A stretch of 64,000 bases of DNA from Eledone cirrhosa. Taxonomy: Eukaryota. Where the stretch lies: assembly GCA_964016885.1 (NCBI GenBank), contig OZ024740.1:294996001-295060000 (forward strand), read 5' to 3'. Within the stretch, counting starts at the first letter, position 1; each line of letters begins with the position of its first letter. Under the pieces are notes generated by a model that was not told the origin of the DNA, ran no database searches, and was given only the letters and a program-made list of their open reading frames with translations. Made by a program: the position numbers and the translations under genes. Positions 15,001 through 30,000 of this stretch are shown here, piece after piece.

Positions 15001-18000
15001 TCTCACTCTGTCACATCTCCACCTCTGTCACATCTTCACTTCTGTCACATCTCCACCGCCGTCACTTCTCCCACTCTGTCATATCTCCATCTCTGTCACT
15101 TCTCTCACTCTGTCACATCTCTCACTCTGTCACATCTCCACCTCTGTCACATCTCCACCTCTGTCACTTCTCTCACTCTGTCACATCTCCACCTCTGACA
15201 CATCTCCACCTCTGCCACTTCTCTCACTCTGTCACATCTCCACCTCTGTCACTTTTCTCACTTTGTCACATCTCCATCTTTGTCACTTCTCTCATTCTGT
15301 CACATCTCCACCTCTGTCACATCTCCATCTTTGTCACTTCTCTCACTCTGTCATATCTCCACCTCTGCCACTTCTCTCACTCTGTCATATCTCCACCTCT
15401 GCCACTTCTCTCACTCTGTCACATCTCCACCTCTGTCACATCTCCATCTCTGTCACGGCTCTCACTCTGTCACATCTCCACCTCTGTCACTTCTCTCACT
15501 CTGTCACATCTCCACCTCTGTCACTTCTCTCACTCTGTCACATCTCCACCTCTGTCACATCTCTCACTCTGTCACATCTCCACCTCTGTCACTTCTCTCA
15601 CTCTGTCACATCTCCACCTCTGTCACATCTCCACCTCTGTCACTTCTCTCACTCAGTCACATCTCCATCTCTGTCACTTCTCTCACTCTGTCACATCTCC
15701 AACTCTGCCACTTCTCTCACTCTGTCACATCTCCATCTTTGTCACTTCTCTCACTCTGTCACATCTCCACCTCTGTCACTTCTCTCACTCTGTCATATCT
15801 CCCCCTCTGCCACTTCTCTCACTCTGTCACATCTCCACCTCTGTCAGTTCCCTCACTCTGTGACATCTCCATCTCTGCCACTTCTCTCACTTTGTCACAT
15901 CTCCACCTCTGTCACTTCCCTCACTATATCACATCTCCACCTCTGTCACATCTCTCACTCTGTCATATCTCCACCTCTGCCACTTCTCTCACTCTGTCAC
16001 ATCTCCACCTCTGTCACATCTCCATCTCTGTCACATCTCTCACTCTGTCACTTCCGTCACTCTGTCACATCGCCACCTCTGTCACTTCACTCACTCTGTC
16101 ACATCTCCACCTCTGTCACTTCTCTCACTTTGTCACATCTCCATCTTTGTCACTTCTCTCACTCTGTCATATCTCCACCTCTGCCACTTCTCTCACTCTG
16201 TCATATCTCCATCTCTGCCACTTCTCTCACTCTGTCACATCTCCACCTCTGCCACTTCTCTTATTCTGTCTCATCTCCATCTCTGCCACTTCTCTCACTC
16301 TGTCATATCTCCATCTCTGTCACTTCTCTCACTCTGTCACATCTCTCACTCTGTCACATCTCCACCTCTGTCACATCCCCACCTCTCTCACATCTCTCAC
16401 TCTGACACATCTCCACCCCTGTCACATCACTCCACTCTGTCACATCTCCACCTCTGTCACATCTCCACTTCTGTCACATCTCCACCCCTGTCACTTCTCT
16501 CACTCTGTCACATCTCCACTTCTGTCACATCTCTCACTCTGTCACATCTCCACCCCTGTCACATCTCTCACTCTGTCACATCTCCACCTCTGTCACATCT
16601 TCACTTCTGTCACATCTCCACCTCTGTCACTTCTCCCACTCTGTCATATCTCCATCTCTGTCACTTCTCTCACTCTGTCACATCTCTCACTCTGTCACAT
16701 CTCCACCTCTGTCACATCTCCACCTCTGTCACTTCTCTCACTCTGTCACATCTCCACCTCTGTCACATCTCCACCTCTGCCACTTCTCTCACTCTGTCAC
16801 ATCTCCACCTCTGTCACTTTTCTCACTCTGTCACATCTCCATCTTTGTCACTTCTCTCATTCTGTCACATCTCCACCTCTGTCACATCTCCACCTTTGTC
16901 ACTTCTCTCACTCTGTCACATCTCCACCTCTGTCACATCTCCATCTCTGTCACGGCTCTCACTCTGTCACATCTCCACCTCTGTCACTTCTCTCACTCTG
17001 TCACATCTCCACCTCTGTCACATCTCCACCTCTGTCACTTCTCTCACTCTGTCACATCTCCACCCCTGTCACATCTCTCACTCTGTCACATCTCCACCTC
17101 TGTCACATCTTCACTTCTGTCACATCTCCACCTCTGTCACTTCTCCCACTCTGTCATATCTCCATCTCTGTCACTTCTCTCACTCTGTCACATCTCTCAC
17201 TCTGTCACATCTCCACCTCTGTCACATCTCCACCTCTGTCACTTCTCTCACTCTGTCACATCTCCACTTCTGTCACATCTCCACTCCCTGTCACTTCTCT
17301 CACTCTGTCACATCTCCACCTCTGTCACATCTCTCACTCTGTCACATCTCCACCTCTGTCACATCTTCACTTCTGTCACATCTCCACCTCCGTCACTTCT
17401 CCCACTCTGTCATATCTCCATCTCTGTCACTTCTCTCACTCTGTCACATCTCTCACTCTGTCACATCTCCACCTCTGTCACATCTCCACCTCTGTCACTT
17501 CTCTCACTCTGTCACATCTCCACCTCTGACACATCTCCACCTCTGCCACTTCTCTCACTCTGTCACATCTCCACCTCTGTCACTTTTCTCACTCTGTCAC
17601 ATCTCCATCTTTGTCACTTCTCTCATTCTGTCACATCTCCACCTCTGTCACATCTCCACCTTTGTCACTTCTCTCACTCTGTCACATCTCCACCTCTGTC
17701 ACATCTCCATCTCTGTCACGGCTCTCACTCTGTCACATCTCCACCTCTGTCACTTCTCTCACTCTGTCACATCTCCACCTCTGTCACTTCTCTCACTCTG
17801 TCACATCTCCACCTCTGTCACATCTCTCACTCTGTCACATCTCCACCTCTGTCACTTCTCTCACTCTGTCACATCTCCACCTCTGTCACATCTCCACCTC
17901 TGTCACTTCTCTCACTCAGTCACATCTCCATCTCTGTCACTTCTCTCACTCTGTCACATCTCCAGCTCTGCCACTTCTCTCACTCTGTCACATCTCCATC

Positions 18001-21000
18001 TTTGTCACTTCTCTCACTCTGTCACATCTCCACCTCTGTCACTTCTCTCACTCTGTCATATCTCCCCCTCTGCCACTTCTCTCACTCTGTCACATCTCCA
18101 CCTCTGTCAGTTCCCTCACTCTGTGACATCTCCATCTCTGCCACTTCTCTCACTCTGTCACATCTCCACCTCTGTCACTTCCCTCACTATATCACATCTC
18201 CACCTCTGTCACATCTCTCACTCTGTCATATCTCCACCTCTGCCACTTCTCTCACTCTGTCACATCTCCACCTCTGTCACTTCTCTCACTTTGTCACATC
18301 TCCATCTTTGTCACTTCTCTCACTCTGTCATATCTCCACCTCTGCCACTTCTCTCACTCTGTCATATCTCCACCTCTGCCACTTCTCTCACTCTGTCACA
18401 TCTCCACCTCTGCCACTTCTCTTATTCTGTCTCATCTCCATCTCTGCCACTTCTCTCACTCTGTCACATCTCCATCTCTGTCACTTCTCTCAATCTGTCA
18501 CATCTCCACCTCTGTCACATCTCCATCTCTGTCACTTCTCCATCTCTGCCACTTCACTCACTCTGTCAGATCTCCACCTCTGTCACTTCGCTCACTCTGT
18601 CACATCTCCACCTCTGTCACTTCTCTCACTCTGTCACATCTCCAACTCTCTCACATCTCTCACTCTGACACATCTCCACCCCTGTCACATCACTCCACTC
18701 TGTCACATCTCCACCTCTGTCACATCTCCACTTCTGTCACATCTCCACCCCTGTCACTTCTCTCACTCTGTCACATCTCCACCTCTGTCACATCTCTCAC
18801 TCTGTCACATCTCCACCCCTGTCACATCTCTCACTCTGTCACATCTCCACCTCTGTCACATCTTCACTTCTGTCACATCTCCACCTCTGTCACTTCTCCC
18901 ACTCTGTCATATCTCCATCTCTGTCACTTCTCTCACTCTGTCACATCTCTCACTCTGTCACATCTCCACCCCTGTCACATCTCCACCTCTGTCACTTCTC
19001 TCACTCTGTCACATCTCCACCTCCGTCACATATCCACCTCTGCCACTTCTCTCACTCTGTCACATCTCCACCTCTGTCACTTTTCTCACTCTGTCACATC
19101 TCCATTTTTGTCACTTCTCTCATTCTGTCACGTCTCCACCTCTGTCACATCTCCACCTTTGTCACTTCTCTCACTCTGTCACATCTCCACCTCTGTCACA
19201 TCTCCATCTCTGTCACGGCTCTCACTCTGTCACATCTCCACCTCTGTCACTTCTCTCACTCTGTCACATCTCCACCTCTGTCACTTCTCTCACTCTGTCA
19301 CATCTCCACCTCTGTCACATCTCTCACTCTGTCACATCTCCACCTCTGTCACTTCTCTCACTCTGTCACATCTCCACCTCTGTCACATCTCCACCTCTGT
19401 CACTTCTCTCACTCAGTCACATCTCCATCTCTGTCACTTCTCTCACTCTGTCACATCTCCAGCTCTGCCACTTCTCTCACTCTGTCACATCTCCATCTTT
19501 GTCACTTCTCTCACTCTGTCACATCTCCACCTCTGTCACTTCTCTCACTCTGTCATATCTCCCCCTCTGTCACATCTCCACCTCTGTCAGTTCCCTCACT
19601 CTGTGACATCTCCATCTCTGCCACTTCTCTCACTCTGTCACATCTCCACCTCTGTCACTTCCCTCACTATATCACATCTCCACCTCTGTCACATCTCTCA
19701 CTCTGTCATATCCCCACCTCTGCCACTTCTCTCACTCTGTCACATCTCCACCTCTGTCACTTCTCTCACTTTGTCACATCTCCATCTTTGTCACTTCTCT
19801 CACTCTGTCATATCTCAACCTCTGCCACTTCTCTCACTCTGTCATATCTCCACCTCTGCCACTTCTCTCACTCTGTCACATCTCCACCTCTGTCAGTTCC
19901 CTCACTCTGTGACATCTCCATCTCTGCCACTTCTCTCACTCTGTCACATCTCCACCTCTGTCACTTCCCTCACTATATCACATCTCCACCTCTGTCACAT
20001 CTCTCACTCTGTCATATCCCCACCTCTGCCACTTCTCTCACTCTGTCACATCTCCACCTCTGTCACTTCTCTCACTTTGTCACATCTCCATCTTTGTCAC
20101 TTCTCTCACTCTGTCATATCTCAACCTCTGCCACTTCTCTTACTCTGTCACATCTCCATCTCTGCCACTTCTCTCACTCTGTCAGATCTCCACCTCTGTC
20201 ACTTCGCTCACTCTGTCACATCTCCACCTCTGTCACTTCTCTCACTCTGTCACATCTCCACCTCTCTCACATCTCTCACTCTGACACATCTCCACCCCTG
20301 TCACATCACTCCACTCTGTCACATCTCCACCTCTGTCACATCTCCACTTCTGTCACATCTCCACCTCTGTCACTTCTCTCACTCTGTCATATCTCCATCT
20401 CTGTCACTTCTCTCACTCTGTCACATCTCTCACTCTGTCACATCTCAACCTCTGTCACTTCTCTCACTCTGTAACATCTCCACCTCTGTCACATCTCCAT
20501 CTCTGTCACTTCTCTCACTCTGTCACATCGCCACCTCTGTCACTTCTCTCACTCTGTCACATCTCCACCTCTGTCACATCTCCATCTCTGTCACTTCTCC
20601 ATCTCTGCCACTTCTCTCACTCTGTCAGATCTCCACCTCTGTCACTTCGCTCACTCTGTCACATCTTCACCTCTGTCACTTCTCTCACTCTGTCACATCT
20701 CCACCTCTCTCACATCTCTCACTCTGACACATCTCCACCCCTGTCACATCACTCCACTCTGTCACATCTCCACCTCTGTCACATCTCCACTTCTGTCACA
20801 TCTCCACCCCTGTCACTTCTCTCACTCTGTCACATCTCCACCTCTGTCACATCTCTCACTCTGTCACATCTCCACCCCTGTCACATCTCTCACTCTGTCA
20901 CATCTCCACCTCTGTCACATCTTCACTTCTGTCACATCTCCACCTCTGTCACTTCTCTCACTCTGTCACATCTCTCACTCTGTCACATCTCCACCTCTGT

Positions 21001-24000
21001 CACATCTCCACCTCTGTCACTTCTCTCACTCTGTCACATCTCCACTTCTGTCACATCTCCACCCCTGTCACTTCTCTCACTCTGTCACATCGCCACCTCT
21101 GTCACATCTCTCACTCTGTCACATCTCCACCTCTGTCACATCTTCACTTCTGTCACATCTTCACCTCCGTCACTTCTCCCACTCTGTCATATCTCCATCT
21201 CTGTCACTTCTCTCACTCTGTCACATCTCTCAATCTGTCACATCTCCACCTCTGTCACATCTCCACCTCTGTCACTTCTCTCACTCTGTCACATCTCCAC
21301 CTCTGACACATCTCCACCTCTGCCACTTCTCTCACTCTGTCACATCTCCACCTCTGTCACTTTTCTCACTCTGTCACATCTCCATCTTTGTCACTTCTCT
21401 CATTCTGTCACATCTCCACCTCTGTCACATCTCCACCTTTGTCACTTCTCTCACTCTGTCACATCTCCACCTCTGTCACATCTCCATCTCTGTCACGGCT
21501 CTCACTCTGTCACATCTCCACCTCTGTCACTTCTCTCACTCTGTCACATCTCCACCTCTGTCACTTCTCTCACTCTGTCACATCTCCACCTCTGTCACAT
21601 CTCTCACTCTGTCACATCTCCACCTCTGTCACTTCTCTCACTCTGTCACATCTCCACCTCTGTCACATCTCCACCTCTGTCACTTCTCTCACTCAGTCAC
21701 ATCTCCCTCTCTGTCACTTCTCTCACTCTGTCACATCTCCAGCTCTGCCACTTCTCTCACTCTGTCACATCTCCATCTTTGTCACTTCTCTCACTCTGTC
21801 ACATCTCCACCTCTGTCACTTCTCTCACTCTGTCATATCTCCCCCTCTGCCACTTCTCTCACTCTGTCACATCTCCACCTCTGTCAGTTCCCTCACTTTG
21901 TGACATCTCCATCTCTGCCACTTCTCTCACTCTGTCACATCTCCACCTCTGTCACTTCCCTCACTATATCACATCTCCACCTCTGTCACATCTCTCACTC
22001 TGTCATATCTCCACCTCTGCCACTTCTCTCACTCTGTCACATCTCCACCTCTGTCACTTCTCTCACTTTGTCACATCTCCATCTTTGTCACTTCTCTCAC
22101 TCTGTCATATCTCCACCTCTGCCACTTCTCTCACTCTGTCATATCTCCACCTCTGCCACTTCTCTCACTCTGTCACATCTCCACCTCTGCCACTTCTCTT
22201 ATTCTGTCTCATCTCCATCTCTGCCACTTCTCTCACTCTGTCACATCTCCATCTCTGTCACATCTCCACCTCTGTCACATCTCCATCTCTGTCACTTCTC
22301 CATCTCTGCCACTTCACTTACTCTGTCAGATCTCCACCTCTGTCACTTCGCTCACTCTGTCACATCTCCACCTCTGTCACTTCTCTCACTCTGTCACATC
22401 TCCACCTCTCTCACATCTCTCACTCTGACACATCTCCACCCCTGTCACATCACTCCACTCTGTCACATCTCCACCTCTGTCACATCTCCACTTCTGTCAC
22501 ATCTCCACCCCTGTCACTTCTCTCACTCTGTCACATCTCCACCTCTGTCACATCTCTCACTCTGTCACATCTCCACCCCTGTCACATCTCTCACTCTGTC
22601 ACATCTCCACCTCTGTCACATCTTCACTTCTGTCACATCTCCACCTCTGTCACTTCTCCCACTCTGTCATATCTCCATCTCTGTCACTTCTCTCATTCTG
22701 TCACATCTCTCACTCTGTCACATTTCCACCTCTGTCACATCTCCACCTCTGTCACTTCTCTCACTCTGTCACATCTCCACCTCCGTCACATATCCACCTC
22801 TGCCACTTCTCTCACTCTGTCACATCTCCACCTCTGTCACTTTTCTCACTCTGTCACATCTCCATTTTTGTCACTTCTCTCATTCTGTCACGTCTCCACC
22901 TCTGTCACATCTCCACCTTTGTCACTTCTCTCACTCTGTCACATCTCCACCTCTGTCACATCTCCATCTCTGTCACGGCTCTCACTCTGTCACATCTCCA
23001 CCTCTGTCACTTCTCTCACTCTGTCACATCTCCACCTCTGTCACTTCTCTCACTCTGTCACATCTCCACCTCTGTCACATCTCTCACTCTGTCACATCTC
23101 CACCTCTGTCACTTCTCTCACTCTGTCACATCTCCACCTCTGTCACATCTCCACCTCTGTCACTTCTCTCACTCAGTCACATCTCCATCTCTGTCACTTC
23201 TCTCACTCTGTCACATCTCCAGCTCTGCCACTTCTCTCACTCTGTCACATCTCCATCATTGTCACTTCTCTCACTCTGTCACATCTCCACCTCTGTCACT
23301 TCTCTCACTCTGTCATATCTCCCCCTCTGTCACATCTCCACCTCTGTCAGTTCCCTCACTCTGTGACATCTCCATCTCTGCCACTTCTCTCACTCTGTCA
23401 CATCTCCACCTCTGTCACTTCCCTCACTATATCACATCTCCACCTCTGTCACATCTCTCACTCTGTCATATCTCCACCTCTGCCACTTCTCTCACTCTGT
23501 CACATCTCCACCTCTGTCACTTCTCTCACTTTGTCACATCTCCATCTTTGTCACTTCTCTCACTCTGTCATATCTCCACCTCTGCCACTTCTCTCACTCT
23601 GTCATATCTCCACCTCTGCCACTTCTCTCACTCTGTCACATCTCCACCTCTGCCACTTCTCTTACTCTGTCACATCTCCATCTCTGCCACTTCTCTCACT
23701 CTGTCACATCTCCATCTCTGTCACTTCTCTCACTCTGTCACATCTCCACCTCTGTCACATCTCCATCTCTGTCACTTCTCCATATCTGCCACTTCTCTCA
23801 CTCTGTCAGATCTCCACCTCTGTCACTTCGCTCACTCTGTCACATCTCCACCTCTGTCACTTCTCTCACTCTGTCACATCTCCACCTCTGTCACATCTCC
23901 ACTTCTGTCACATCTCCACCTCTGTCACTTCTCTCACTCTGTCATATCTCCATCTCTGTCACTTCTCTCACTCTGTCACATCTCTCACTCTGTCACATCT

Positions 24001-27000
24001 CAACCTCTGTCACTTCTCTCACTCTGTAACATCTCCACCTCTGTCACATCTCCATCTCTGTCACTTCTCTCACTCTGTCACATCGCCACCTCTGTCACTT
24101 CTCTCACTCTGTCACATCTCCACCTCTGTCACTTCTCTCATTCTGTTACATCTCCACTTCTGTCACATCTCCACCTCTGTCACTTCTCTCACTCTGTCAC
24201 ATCTCCATCTTGGTCACTTCTCTCACTCTGTCATATCTCCACCTCTGCCACTTCTCTCACTCTGTCACATCTCCACCTCTGTCACTTCCCTCACTCTGTC
24301 ACATCTCCATCTCTGCCACTTTTCTCACTCTGTCACATCTCCATCTCTGTCACTTCTCTCACTCTGTCACATCTCCACCTCTGTCACATTTCCATCTCTG
24401 TCACTTCTCCATATCTGCCACTTCTCTCACTATGTCAGATCTCCACCTCTGTCACTTCTCTCACTCTGTCACATCTCCACCTCTGTCACTTCTTTCACTC
24501 TGTCACATCTCCACCTCTCTCACATCTCTCACTCTGACACATCTCCACCCCTGTCACATCACTCCACTCTGTTACATCTCAACCTCTGTCACATCTCCAC
24601 TTCTGTCACATCTCCACCTCTGTCACTTCTCTCACTCTGTCATATCTCCATCTCTGTCACTTCTCTCACTCTGTCACATCTCTCACTCTGTCACATCTCT
24701 ACCTCTGTCACATCTCCACCTCTGTCACTTCTCTCACTCTGTCACATCTCCACCTCTGTCACATATCTCACTCTGTCACATCTCCATCTTTGTCACTTCT
24801 CTCACTCTGTCACATCTCCACCTCTGTCACTTCTCTCACTCTGTCATATCTCCCCCTCTGCCACTTCTCTCACTCTGTCACATCTCCACCACTGTCACTT
24901 CCCTCACTCTGTGACATCTCCATCTCTGCCACTTCTCTCACTCTGTCACATCTCCATCTCTGTCACTTCTCTCACTCTGTCATATCTCCACCTCTGCCAC
25001 TTCTCTCACTCTGTCATATCTCCACCTCTGCCACTTCTCTCACTCTGTCACATCTCCATCTCTGCCACTTCTCTCACGCTGTTACATCTCCATCTCTGTC
25101 ACTTCACTCACTCTGTCACATCTCCACCTCTGTCACATCTCCATCTCTGTCACTTCTCCATCTCTGCCACTTCTCTCACTCTGTCGGATTTCCACCTCTG
25201 TCACTTCTCTCACTCTGTCACATCTCCACCTGTGTCACTTCTCTCACTCTGTCACATCTCCACCTCTGTCACATCTCCACCTCTGTCACTTCTCTCACTC
25301 AGTCACATCTCCATCTCTGTCACTTCTCTCACTCTGTCACATCTCCAGCTCTGCCACTTCTCTCACTCTGTCACATCTCCATCTTTGTCACTTCTCTCAC
25401 TCTGTCACATCTCCACCTCTGTCACTTCTCTCACTCTGTCATATCTCCCCCTCTGTCACATCTCCACCTCTGTCAGTTCCCTCACTCTGTGACATCTCCA
25501 TCTCTGCCACTTCTCTCACTCTGTCACATCTCCACCTCTGTCACTTCCCTCACTATATCACATCTCCACCTCTGTCACATCTCTCACTCTGTCATATCTC
25601 CACCTCTGCCACTTCTCTCACTCTGTCAAATCTCCACCTCTGTCACTTCTCTCACTTTGTCACATCTCCATCTTTGTCACTTCTCTCACTCTGTCATATC
25701 TCCACCTCTGCCACTTCTCTCACTCTGTCATATCTCCACCTCTGCCACTTCTCTCACTCTGTCACATCTCCACCTCTGCCACTTCTCTTACTCTGTCACA
25801 TCTCCATCTCTGCCACTTCTCTCACTCTGTCACATCTCCATCTCTGTCACTTCTCTCACTCTGTCACATCTCCACCTCTGTCACATCTCCATCTCTGTCA
25901 CTTCTCCATATCTGCCACTTCTCTCACTCTGTCAGATCCCCACCTCTGTCACTTCGCTTACTCTGTCACATCTCCACCTCTGTCACTTCTCTCACTCTGT
26001 CACATCTCCACCTCTCTCACATCTCTCACTCTGACACATCTCCACCCCTGTCACATCACTCCACTCTGTCACATCTCCACCTCTGTCACATCTCCACTTC
26101 TGTCACATCTCCACCTCTGTCACTTCTCTCACTCTGTCATATCTCCATCTCTGTCACTTCTCTCACTCTGTCACATCTCTCACTCTGTCACATCTCAACC
26201 TCTGTCACTTCTCTCACTCTGTAACATCTCCACCTCTGTCACATCTCCATCTCTGTCACTTCTCTCACTCTGTCACATCGCCACCTCTGTCACTTCTCTC
26301 ACTCTGTCACATCTCCACCTCTGTCACTTCTCTCATTCTGTTACATCTCCACCTCTGTCACATCTCCACCTCTGTCACTTCTCTCACTCTGTCACATCTC
26401 CATCTTGGTCACTTCTCTCACTCTGTCATATCTCCACCTCTGCCACTTCTCTCACTCTGTCACATCTCCACCTCTGTCACTTCCCTCACTCTGTCACATC
26501 TCCATCTCTGCCACTTCTCTCACTCTGTCACATCTACATCTCTGTCACTTCTCTCACTCTGTCACATCTCCACCTCTGTCACATTTCCATCTCTGTCACT
26601 TCTCCATCTCTGCCACTTCTCTCACTATGTCAGATCTCCACCTCTGTCACTTCTCTCACTCTGTCACATCTCCACCTCTGTCACTTCTTTCACTCTGTCA
26701 CATCTCCACCTCTCTCACATCTCTCACTCTGACATATCTCCACCCCTGTCACATCACTCCACTCTGTTACATCTCAACCTCTGTCACATCTCCACTTCTG
26801 TCACATCTCCACCTCTGTCACTTCTCTCACTCTGTCATATCTCCATCTCTGTCACTTCTCTCACTCTGTCACATCTCTCACTCTGTCACATCTCCACCTC
26901 TGTCACATCTCCACCTCTGTCACTTCTCTCACTCTGTCACATCTCCACCTCTGTCACATATCTCACTCTGTCACATCTCCATCTTTGTCACTTCTCTCAC

Positions 27001-30000
27001 TCTGTCACATCTCCACCTCTGTCACTTCTCTCACTCTGTCATATCTCCCCCTCTGCCACTTCTCTCACTCTGTCACATCTCCACCCACCACTGTCACTTC
27101 CCTCACTCTGTGACATCTCCATCTCTGCCACTTCTCTCACTCTGTCACATCTCCATCTCTGTCACTTCTCTCACTCTGTCATATCTCCACCTCTGCCACT
27201 TCTCTCACTCTGTCATATCTCCACCTCTGCCACTTCTCTCACTCTGTCACATCTCCATCTCTGCCACTTCTCTCACGCTGTTACATCTCCATCTCTGTCA
27301 CTTCTCTCACTCTGTCACATCTCCACCTCTGTCACATCTCCATCTCTGTCACTTCTCCATATCTGCCACTTCTCTCACTCTGTCAGATCCCCACCTCTGT
27401 CACTTCGCTCACTCTGTCACATCTCCACCTCTGTCACTTCTCTCACTCTGTCACATCTCCACCTCTCTCACATCTCTCACTCTGACACATCTCCACCCCT
27501 GTCACATCACTCCACTCTGTCACATCTCCACCTCTGTCACATCTCCACTTCTGTCACATCTCCACCTCTGTCACTTCTCTCACTCTGTCATATCTCCATC
27601 TCTGTCACTTCTCCCACTCTGTCACATCTCTCACTCTGTCACATCTCAACCTCTGTCACTTCTCTCACTCTGTAACATCTCCACCTCTGTCACATCTCCA
27701 TCTCTGTCACTTCTCTCACTCTGTCACATCGCCACCTCTGTCACTTCTCTCACTCTGTCACATCTCCACCTCTGTCACTTCTCTCATTCTGTTACATCTC
27801 CACCTCTGTCACATCTCCACCTCTGTCACTTCTCTCACTCTGTCACATCTCCATCTTGGTCACTTCTCTCACTCTGTCATATCTCCACCTCTGCCACTTC
27901 TCTCACTCTGTCACATCTCCACCTCTGTCACTTCCCTCACTCTGTCACATCTCCATCTCTGCCACTTCTCTCACTCTGTCACATCTCCATCTCTGTCACT
28001 TCTCTCACTCTGTCACATCTCCACCTCTGTCACATTTCCATCTCTGTCACTTCTCCATCTCTGCCACTTCTCTCACTATGTCAGATCTCCACCTCTGTCA
28101 CTTCTCTCACTCTGTCACATCTCCACCTCTGTCACTTCTTTCACTCTGTCACATCTCCACCTCTCTCACATCTCTCACTCTGACACATCTCCACCCCTGT
28201 CACATCACTCCACTCTGTTACATCTCAACCTCTGTCACATCTCCACTTCTGTCACATCTCCAACTCTGTCACTTCTCTCACTCTGTCATATCTCCATCTC
28301 TGTCACTTCTCTCACTCTGTCACATCTCTCACTCTGTCACATCTCCACCCCTGTCACATCTCCACCTCTGTCACTTCTCTCACTCTGTCACATCTCCACC
28401 TCTGTCACATATCTCACTCTGTCACATCTCCATCTTTGTCACTTCTCTCACTCTGTCACATCTCCACCTCTGTCACTTCTCTCACTCTGTCATATCTCCC
28501 CCTCTGCCACTTCTCTCACTCTGTCACATCTCCACCACTGTCACTTCCCTCACTCTGTGACATCTCCATCTCTGCCACTTCTCTCACTCTGTCACATCTC
28601 CATCTCTGTCACTTCTCTCACTCTGTCATATCTCCACCTCTGCCACTTCTCTCACTCTGTCATATCTCCACCTCTGCCACTTCTCTCACTCTGTCACATC
28701 TCCATCTCTGCCACTTCTCTCACGCTGTTACATCTCCATCTCTGTCACTTCACTCACTCTGTCACATCTCCACCTCTGTCACATCTCCATCTCTGTCACT
28801 TCTCCATCTCTGCCACTTCTCTCACTCTGTCAGATTTCCACCTCTGTCACTTCTCTCACTCTGTCACATCTCCACCTGTGTCACTTCTCTCACTCTGTCA
28901 CATCTCCACCTCTGTCACATCTCTCACTCTGTCACATCTCCACCCCTGTCTCATCACTCTACTCTGTCACATCTCCACCTCTGTCACATCTCCACCTCTG
29001 TCACTTCTCTCACTTTGTCACATCTCCATATTTGTCACTTCTCTCACTCTGTCATATCTCCACCTCTGCCACTTCTCTCACTCTGTCATATCTCCACCTC
29101 TGCCACTTCTCTCACTCTGTCACATCTCCACCTCTGCCACTTCTCTTACTCTGTCACATCTCCATCTCTGCCACTTCTCTCACTCTGTCACATCTCCATC
29201 TCTGTCACTTCTCTCACTCTGTCACATCTCCACCTCTGTCACATCTCCATCTCTGTCACTTTCCATATCTGCCACTTCTCTCACTCTGTCAGATCTCCAC
29301 CTCTGTCACTTCGCTCACTCTGTCACATCTCCACCTCTGTCACTTCTCTCACTCTGTCACATCTCCACCTCTCTCACATCTCTCACTCTGACACATCTCC
29401 ACCCCTGTCACATCACTCCACTCTGTCACATCTCCACCTCTGTCACATCTCCACTTCTGTCACATCTCCACCTCTGTCACTTCTCTCACTCTGTCATATC
29501 TCCATCTCTGTCACTTCTCTCACTCTGTCACATCTCTCACTCTGTCACATCTCAACCTCTGTCACTTCTCTCACTCTGTAACATCTCCACCTCTGTCACA
29601 TCTCCATCTCTGTCACTTCTCTCACTCTGTCACATCGCCACCTCTGTCACTTCTCTCACTCTGTCACATCTCCACCTCTGTCACTTCTCTCATTCTGTTA
29701 CATCTCCACCTCTGTCACATCTCCACCTCTGTCACTTCTCTCACTCTGTCACATCTCCATCTTGGTCACTTCTCTCACTCTGTCATATCTCCACCTCTGC
29801 CACTTCTCTCACTCTGTCACATCTCCACCTCTGTCACTTCCCTCACTCTGTCACATCTCCATCTCTGCCACTTCTCTCACTCTGTCACATCTCCATCTCT
29901 GTCACTTCTCTCACTCTGTCACATCTCCACCTCTGTCACATTTCCATCTCTGTCACTTCTCCATCTCTGCCACTTCTCTCACTATGTCAGATCTCCACCT